DNA of 29,442 nucleotides from a virus (Duplodnaviria; Heunggongvirae; Uroviricota; Caudoviricetes): IMG/VR virus record IMGVR_UViG_2529292882_000006, positions 1 to 29,442 of that record; one strand, 5' to 3'. Shown piece by piece: positions 24,241 to 29,442 of this stretch (position 1 is its first letter; each line of letters starts with the position of its first letter). The notes under the pieces were generated by a model. It saw only the letters and a program-made list of their open reading frames with translations, ran no database searches and was not told where the DNA came from. The position numbers and the translations under genes were made by a program.

Positions 24241-25443
24241 ATGATGACGTCATTATCCGAACAGCTGCAGGCAATAAATGCTGCGTATCAGGAGTCCCTG
24301 AACAGTGAGGAAAAACAGGAAACCATTGCCACGACCGTCCGGGAATTCTGCCCGGCGTATCGGGTGACAGCTGAAGGGCGGGATATCACGCGGGTGCTGG
24401 CCCGTTATCTTGTGGATATCACTCTGACGGATTACGGCGGAGCCACCGCCAAATCTGATGAACTGAAAATCACGCTGCTTTCTGAAACACTGCCCCTGCC
24501 GACAAAGGGGGCGCGTCTGCGGGTGGCGATGGGGTTTAACGGTAATCTGGTGGACAAGGGCTGGTTTGTGGTGTGCGGCGTGAGCAGCAGCGGCCCGCCG
24601 CGGCGGATCGAGATTTATGCTACCGCTGCCCCCATGAATGCGGAAAAGCAGTCCGGTGATGTGCTGAATCAGAAAACACGCAGCTGGGATAATCTCACGC
24701 TGGGTGATCTGGTGAAAACTGTTGCCACGGAAAACGGACTGAAGGCCCGGGTGGCGGAGAAGCTGGCGGGGATCCGCATTACCCATGTGGATCAGGTGGC
24801 AGAATCGGATGCCAGCCTGTTGTCCCGCCTTGCCCGGACGTATAACGCCGTCAGTAAACCTGCCGGAGGTTACTGGTTGTTTCTGGAGCAGGGTGCCGGA
24901 ACCACCGTATCGGGCGCGCCCCTGAAGACCGTGACGCTGACACCTTCCGTGGTGTCATCCTGGAATTATCAGGAAGGTGAACGGGGGAGCTCTGGCGGCG
25001 GTGGAGATAAAAAAAAGAAGAAAGAAAAAATCACGGTTCGTTATTTTGACAAGGCTGACGGGCGAACCAAAACGGCAACCGTGGAGCATGACGGCTCGTC
25101 TGTAACCAGTCCGTACACGCAACCGGAAAAGGAAACGGCTGAACAACAGGCAAAATCGAAAAAAACACAGGCGCAACGCAACAGCCGGAAAATGACGCTG
25201 ACAGGGCCGTGCCGTCCTTCATATGTTGCCATGACCGCCGAATCCGGCGTGGTGACATCCGGATTTGGTAAGCGGGAAGATCGCCGCTGGCTCGTGGAAT
25301 CACTGGTTTTTTCCCTCTCATCTTCAGGCTTTACCTTCACGTTTAATCTGGTGGCTGAAATCAAAAACGCCAGTAAATCAGACAAAAAATCCGGTGATAA
25401 AACAGGGCCGGATTATTTTGGTATCGGATCGGGAAAAAAATAA
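24241..25443 (+). CDS. Late control / tail protein D (gpD family)
   Basis: About 400 aa with AGGGAGG upstream. Contains a low-complexity GGGGDKKKKKEK insertion. Confidence 0.75.
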   Translation: MMTSLSEQLQAINAAYQESLNSEEKQETIATTVREFCPAYRVTAEGRDITRVLARYLVDITLTDYGGATAKSDELKITLLSETLPLPTKGARLRVAMGFNGNLVDKGWFVVCGVSSSGPPRRIEIYATAAPMNAEKQSGDVLNQKTRSWDNLTLGDLVKTVATENGLKARVAEKLAGIRITHVDQVAESDASLLSRLARTYNAVSKPAGGYWLFLEQGAGTTVSGAPLKTVTLTPSVVSSWNYQEGERGSSGGGGDKKKKKEKITVRYFDKADGRTKTATVEHDGSSVTSPYTQPEKETAEQQAKSKKTQAQRNSRKMTLTGPCRPSYVAMTAESGVVTSGFGKREDRRWLVESLVFSLSSSGFTFTFNLVAEIKNASKSDKKSGDKTGPDYFGIGSGKK

Positions 25444-25445
25444 TC

Positions 25446-25799
25446 ATGAATGGTGTGAACTGCCGGACAGGGAAGCGTCTGTCCGGTGCGGCGCATCTGC
25501 GCCAGTCTGTCAGCGATATTCTGAACACGCCAGTGGGAAGCCGTGTTCTGGTCAGGGATTACGGCAGCGATCTTTTTGAATTGCTGGACTCTCCCCGGGA
25601 TGACCTGTTGAGGCTGCGCATAATAGCTGCCACGGCGACGGCGCTGGCACGCTGGGAGTCCCGGCTGAAAGTGTCAAAAGTGATCGTAACGTTTCCGGAG
25701 GATGAGGCAGGATGTGTGGTGGATATCATGGGGACGAATACGGAAACCGGTACACAGGTGACAACAGGAGGAATAACCGTTTATGGCAGAAAGTTATGA
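25446..25799 (+). CDS. Baseplate protein W (gp25-like)
   Basis: 117 aa. Contains ...GSRVLVRDYGSDLFELLDSP..., typical of the gpW/gp25 family. Confidence 0.8.
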   Translation: MNGVNCRTGKRLSGAAHLRQSVSDILNTPVGSRVLVRDYGSDLFELLDSPRDDLLRLRIIAATATALARWESRLKVSKVIVTFPEDEAGCVVDIMGTNTETGTQVTTGGITVYGRKL

Positions 25800-26691
25800 T
25801 GTGATCAATCTTTCGGATTTGCCCGTACCGGATGCCATCGTGGTGCCTGATGCGGCGGTGATTTTCGGGGCCTGGCTGGCACGTCTGCGCGAACTGGATC
25901 CTGAATTTGATGCCCTGGTGGAATCCGACCCGGCTTACAAGCAGGGCGAAGTGACAGCCTTTCAGCTTACCCTGGCTTTTCAGCGGGTGAATGATGCTGT
26001 GCGGGCCGTTTTTCTGGCAAGTGCGCAGAATGCCGATCTCGATCAGATTGGCGCGGCGTTCAATGTCGGACGTATGGTGATTGTTCCGGCAAATCCGGAT
26101 GCCGTGCCTCCGACGGATGCGGTTATGGAAGAGGACGACGCTTTTCGCGAACGCATTCAGTTGTCCTGGTCGCAACTGAATACTGCAGGCGCCCGCAATG
26201 CTTATCGTTTTCATGCCCGCTCTGCTGATGAAAATGTGCTGGATGCTGATGCCTATGGTCCGGAAGAGCACGGGCGTGCGGGGGAGGTGGATGTCTACGT
26301 ATTGTCCCGTGAAGGAAATGGCACTGCCAGCGAGGCGTTGCTGGATGCGGTCAGTGCGCGGCTGAATGCTGATGAAATTCGTCCGCTGACGGATTTTGTG
26401 ACGGTGAAAAGCGCCATTATTAATGACTATACCGTGACGGCTGAGCTGGAAATACCGGACGGTCCGGATGCCGGTGAAGTGCTGGAAAATGCGAAAAACA
26501 CGCTGATGTCTTATACCCGGCTGGCAAACCGGATTAATGGCATGGTGCCGCTGTCCGCTATTTACGCAGCACTGCAACAGTCCGGTGTGGCGCGGGTTAT
26601 TCTGTCCAGTCCCCGGGCTGATATTGAACCGGCAACCGGTACGGCTCCCCGTTGTGCCGCCGTTAATGTGACGCGCAGAGAGATGTGGTGA
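25783..26691 (+). CDS. Baseplate protein J
   Basis: 302 aa, AGGAGG upstream, in the conserved W-J-I order. Confidence 0.8.
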   Translation: MAESYDVINLSDLPVPDAIVVPDAAVIFGAWLARLRELDPEFDALVESDPAYKQGEVTAFQLTLAFQRVNDAVRAVFLASAQNADLDQIGAAFNVGRMVIVPANPDAVPPTDAVMEEDDAFRERIQLSWSQLNTAGARNAYRFHARSADENVLDADAYGPEEHGRAGEVDVYVLSREGNGTASEALLDAVSARLNADEIRPLTDFVTVKSAIINDYTVTAELEIPDGPDAGEVLENAKNTLMSYTRLANRINGMVPLSAIYAALQQSGVARVILSSPRADIEPATGTAPRCAAVNVTRREMW

Positions 26692-27245
26692 TGACAGAGA
26701 CGTTTCGCTCACTTCTGCCGCCTTCCGCTGTCAGGCCGGAGCGGTCACAGGAGCAGGCCACAACAGAAAGTATCCTGACGCTTGATGCGGATATGGTCAG
26801 AAAGGTGAAAAATCCGGATACCTGTCCGTTGCATCTGTTGCCGTGGCTGGCATGGGAGTTTGCTGTGGATTTCTGGCAGGACGACTGGAGCGAAGAGCAG
26901 AAGCGGCAGATTTTACGTGATGCGGCATATGTGCATCAGCACCGGGGGACGGCGGGGGCAGTGTTGCGGGCGCTCAGTGCGGTTGGTGTTCCGGCAGCAA
27001 TCAAAGAGTGGTGGCAGGATTCACCGCGCAAAAAACCGTACACTTTTCGTGTGGAGCTGTTTTTGCGGGAAGGGGCTGACAGTGTGCTTTACAGTCGGGT
27101 CAGGACGCTGGTCATTAAGGCCAAGAATTTACGCAGCGGTCTGAGCACCATTGACGTAAATACGGATATCGGAAAGGACAGCCAGTTTTATGTTGGTGGC
27201 GCGGTGACTGCGCATATTGATGTGGTGATTGAGGCGGGAGAATAA
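26691..27245 (+). CDS. Tail protein I (gpI family)
   Basis: About 185 aa. ATG overlaps the gpJ stop (TGATG). The frame is also open from GTG 26685. Confidence 0.7.
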   Translation: MTETFRSLLPPSAVRPERSQEQATTESILTLDADMVRKVKNPDTCPLHLLPWLAWEFAVDFWQDDWSEEQKRQILRDAAYVHQHRGTAGAVLRALSAVGVPAAIKEWWQDSPRKKPYTFRVELFLREGADSVLYSRVRTLVIKAKNLRSGLSTIDVNTDIGKDSQFYVGGAVTAHIDVVIEAGE

Positions 27246-27246
27246 C

Positions 27247-28467
27247 GTGATCACGAAACATTGCAGTATTCTGACAAACAGGGGAAAGGCGCTGGAGGCT
27301 GCGTCTGCGGCGGGTGGTGCGCCGGTGGTGCTGGACGGGTTTATGGTGGGAGACGGAAACGGAAATGCCGTCACACCAGAGGCTGGGCAGACAGCGCTGG
27401 TCAGGGAAGTTTATCGCGGCACCATATCACGACTGGCGGTCTCGCCTGATCAGGAAAACCAGTTTATTGCGTATCTTGTACTGCCGGAGGGCGTGGGGGG
27501 ATTTACGGTCAGGGAAGCGGGGCTGCTGACCAGCGATGGTGAACTTTATGCCGTCGGAAGTTGTGCAGCCATTGAGAAACCGGTAAATGGCGTTACCGCC
27601 ACACTGCAGTTCCGGCTGGCAGTAGCAGAAAGTGCGCAGGTTACGCTGAATGTGGCAACCGGAGATGGTCTGTTTCTGCGACAGGACAGGAATCTTTCGG
27701 ATGTGGAAGACAAAGATGAGGCTGTTGAAAATCTCGGGTTAAAACCCACGGTGGACAAGGCAAAAAATGCCGTTCAGCGTGATGGTGACACCATGACCGG
27801 GGAACTGAAAATCCGTGGTGTTAATGCGCTGAGGATTTTCAACGAAGCCTTTGGTCTGATTTTTCGTCGTTCGGAAGAGTGCCTGCACCTTATTCCCACA
27901 CAGGAAAATCAGGGTGAAAACGGCGATATTGGTCCCCTGCGTCCGTTTACCATGAATTTGCGGACGGGTGAGATAACCATGTCCAAAGTATCTGTTGGTG
28001 GTGATTCACAGGTACGTGGTGCGCTGGGTATCGGCGTTCAGAACGCGCTGGGTGGAAACTCAATTGCTTTCGGGGATAACGATACCGGCCTGAAACAGAA
28101 TGGTGACGGCCTGCTGGATGTTTATGCCAATGGTCAGCACGTATTCCGTTTTCAGAATGGCGCGTTACAAAGTAACCGGGCAGTGAATGTTTCAGGGCGG
28201 GTAACACCGTCAGACTACGGAAACTTTGATGCCCGTTACCAGACCAAAACAGGCGGCGTGCAGGATGTGCGTTATGGTTCCGAAATGTATTACAACCCGG
28301 GAGGTAACCAGATATCCTGGACATTTCGCTCACCTTCAGGCCACGGGTTATCCGGTATTAATGTGCAGGAAACCGGAAGTAATTCGGCAGATAACATTGG
28401 CGGCGTGTATTACCGACCGCTTCAGAAACTGATTAATGGTACATGGTATAACGTGGCGAGTGTTTAA
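27247..28467 (+). CDS. Tail fibre protein (P2 gpH-like)
   Basis: C-terminus ...NALGGNSIAFGDNDTGLKQNGDGLLDVYANGQHVFRFQNG...GNFDARYQ...YYRPLQKLINGTWYNVASV parallels the P2 gpH C-terminus. N-terminus ...TPEAGQTALVREVYRG... parallels the gpH baseplate-attachment domain. GGGAG precedes GTG 27247. Confidence 0.8.
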   Translation: MITKHCSILTNRGKALEAASAAGGAPVVLDGFMVGDGNGNAVTPEAGQTALVREVYRGTISRLAVSPDQENQFIAYLVLPEGVGGFTVREAGLLTSDGELYAVGSCAAIEKPVNGVTATLQFRLAVAESAQVTLNVATGDGLFLRQDRNLSDVEDKDEAVENLGLKPTVDKAKNAVQRDGDTMTGELKIRGVNALRIFNEAFGLIFRRSEECLHLIPTQENQGENGDIGPLRPFTMNLRTGEITMSKVSVGGDSQVRGALGIGVQNALGGNSIAFGDNDTGLKQNGDGLLDVYANGQHVFRFQNGALQSNRAVNVSGRVTPSDYGNFDARYQTKTGGVQDVRYGSEMYYNPGGNQISWTFRSPSGHGLSGINVQETGSNSADNIGGVYYRPLQKLINGTWYNVASV

Positions 28468-28469
28468 CA

Positions 28470-29015
28470 ATGTTGCATTTAAAAAATATTACTGCGGGCA
28501 ATCCGAAAACCGCAGAACAATATCAGATGACAAAACAACATGGTATCACCTGGCTTTTTTCGGAAGATGACAAAAACTGGTATGAAGAGCTGAAAAATTT
28601 TGCCAGTGACACCATAAAAATGGTTTACACCGGAGACGGGCGCGTGGCGTGGGTCGGTAAGGATGTGACAGGCATTGAACCCCGTAACGCCAGTGTTATT
28701 GAAGTTCCTGATATTACCGCCAACCGCCGTATTACCGTGCCTGGTTACTGGTTTTACCGCGACGATAAATTTGTCTTCGACTACAAACTTAAAGCGGAAG
28801 ATGAACGCGATGCCCTGTTACAACGGGTCAGCATCATGACCAGCGAATGGGAAAAAGACCTGCTGCTGGGATTAATCAGTGACGAAGACAGGGAGAAGCT
28901 GAAAGCGTACCGCATTTACGCGAAATCGCTGCAGGCGATGGATTTCAGCCCCATCACTGATAAAGCTTCATATAACGCCATTGAATGGCCCGTCTCTCCT
29001 GAAGCCTCTTCCTGA
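28470..29015 (+). CDS. Tail fibre assembly protein (Tfa)
   Basis: 181 aa, immediately downstream of the fibre gene (2-nt gap). Composition and position are typical of Tfa chaperones. Confidence 0.7.
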   Translation: MLHLKNITAGNPKTAEQYQMTKQHGITWLFSEDDKNWYEELKNFASDTIKMVYTGDGRVAWVGKDVTGIEPRNASVIEVPDITANRRITVPGYWFYRDDKFVFDYKLKAEDERDALLQRVSIMTSEWEKDLLLGLISDEDREKLKAYRIYAKSLQAMDFSPITDKASYNAIEWPVSPEASS

Positions 29016-29038
29016 TTTAATTTATCGCGAGAAAAACT

Positions 29039-29442
29039 ATGTCTGTAGTGATATCAGGTGCGCTGATTGATGGCGCAGGCATCCCCATGTCCGGATGCCA
29101 CATAATTCTGAAATCCCGGGTAAACACCTCAGAAGTGGTGATGCGCACAGTTGCCGACGTGGTGACAGGAAACTGTGGCGAGTACTGTTTTAAGGCGCAG
29201 ACCGGAAAATATTGCGTATATCTGAAACAGGACTGGCGCGATGAGTACTGTGTTGGCGACATTGCTGTATACGACGACTCCAGGCCCGGCACGCTGAACG
29301 ACTTTCTGACCGCTCTCGATGAAGGCGACCTGAAGCCGGATGTCGTTAAACGCTTTGAGGAAATGGTGGCGCAGGCGCAGCAGAGCGCGGAAGCGGCAGC
29401 GGAAAGCGAACGACAGGCCGGGCAACATGTCGCTGATGCGCA
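29039..29442 (+). CDS. Second tail fibre gene, Stf-like N-terminal domain (5' partial, runs off window end)
   Basis: Translation MSVVISGALIDGAGIPMSGCHIILKSRVNTSEVV...AVYDDSRPGTLNDFLTALDEGDLKPDVVKRFEEMV parallels the lambda Stf N-terminus (MAVKISGVLKDGTGKPVQNCTIQLKARRN...TVYEDSQPGTLNDFLCAMTEDDARPEVLRRLELMV). No stop before the window end. Confidence 0.7.
   Translation, partial: MSVVISGALIDGAGIPMSGCHIILKSRVNTSEVVMRTVADVVTGNCGEYCFKAQTGKYCVYLKQDWRDEYCVGDIAVYDDSRPGTLNDFLTALDEGDLKPDVVKRFEEMVAQAQQSAEAAAESERQAGQHVADA

Noticed and set aside
25726-26712. 328-aa minus-strand ORF spanning the baseplate J gene
   Set aside because: Completely overlaps the baseplate J gene, which sits in the conserved W-J-I order. 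The Arg/His/Gly-rich product looks like an antisense artefact.

Overview
This window reads as the right-hand (late) half of a temperate enterobacterial phage or prophage with a mosaic build: lambda-like regulation and packaging joined to a Mu/P2-like contractile tail. Nearly all genes are on the + strand. In order: a reverse-oriented parD-parE-HTH toxin-antitoxin operon (257-1254) sitting in the nin region; nin-type genes (DUF968-like, RusA) and a lambda-type Q antiterminator with a PR'-like late promoter and tR' terminator; a cargo slot with a small HTH-like protein, an orphan DNA methyltransferase and two tRNAs (Thr-like, Gly); a lysis cassette (two membrane proteins plus a GH108 endolysin); a moron-rich stretch (three tiny membrane/lipoprotein genes, an acidic 99-aa orphan, a solitary K88/FaeG-like fimbrial subunit); then small and large terminase, gpW-like protein, portal, a protease-capsid fusion ORF, connector proteins, gpV spike, sheath, tube, chaperone, tape measure, gpU/X/D, baseplate W/J/I, a gpH-like tail fibre with Tfa, and the start of a second Stf-like fibre gene at the window end. 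No CRISPR array, integrase or rRNA is present. The most interesting material is the accessory cargo, above all the moron stretch at 7.8-10.1 kb and the three-gene parDE-HTH operon. All protein family calls are from reading the translations by eye against remembered family signatures; no database search was run.
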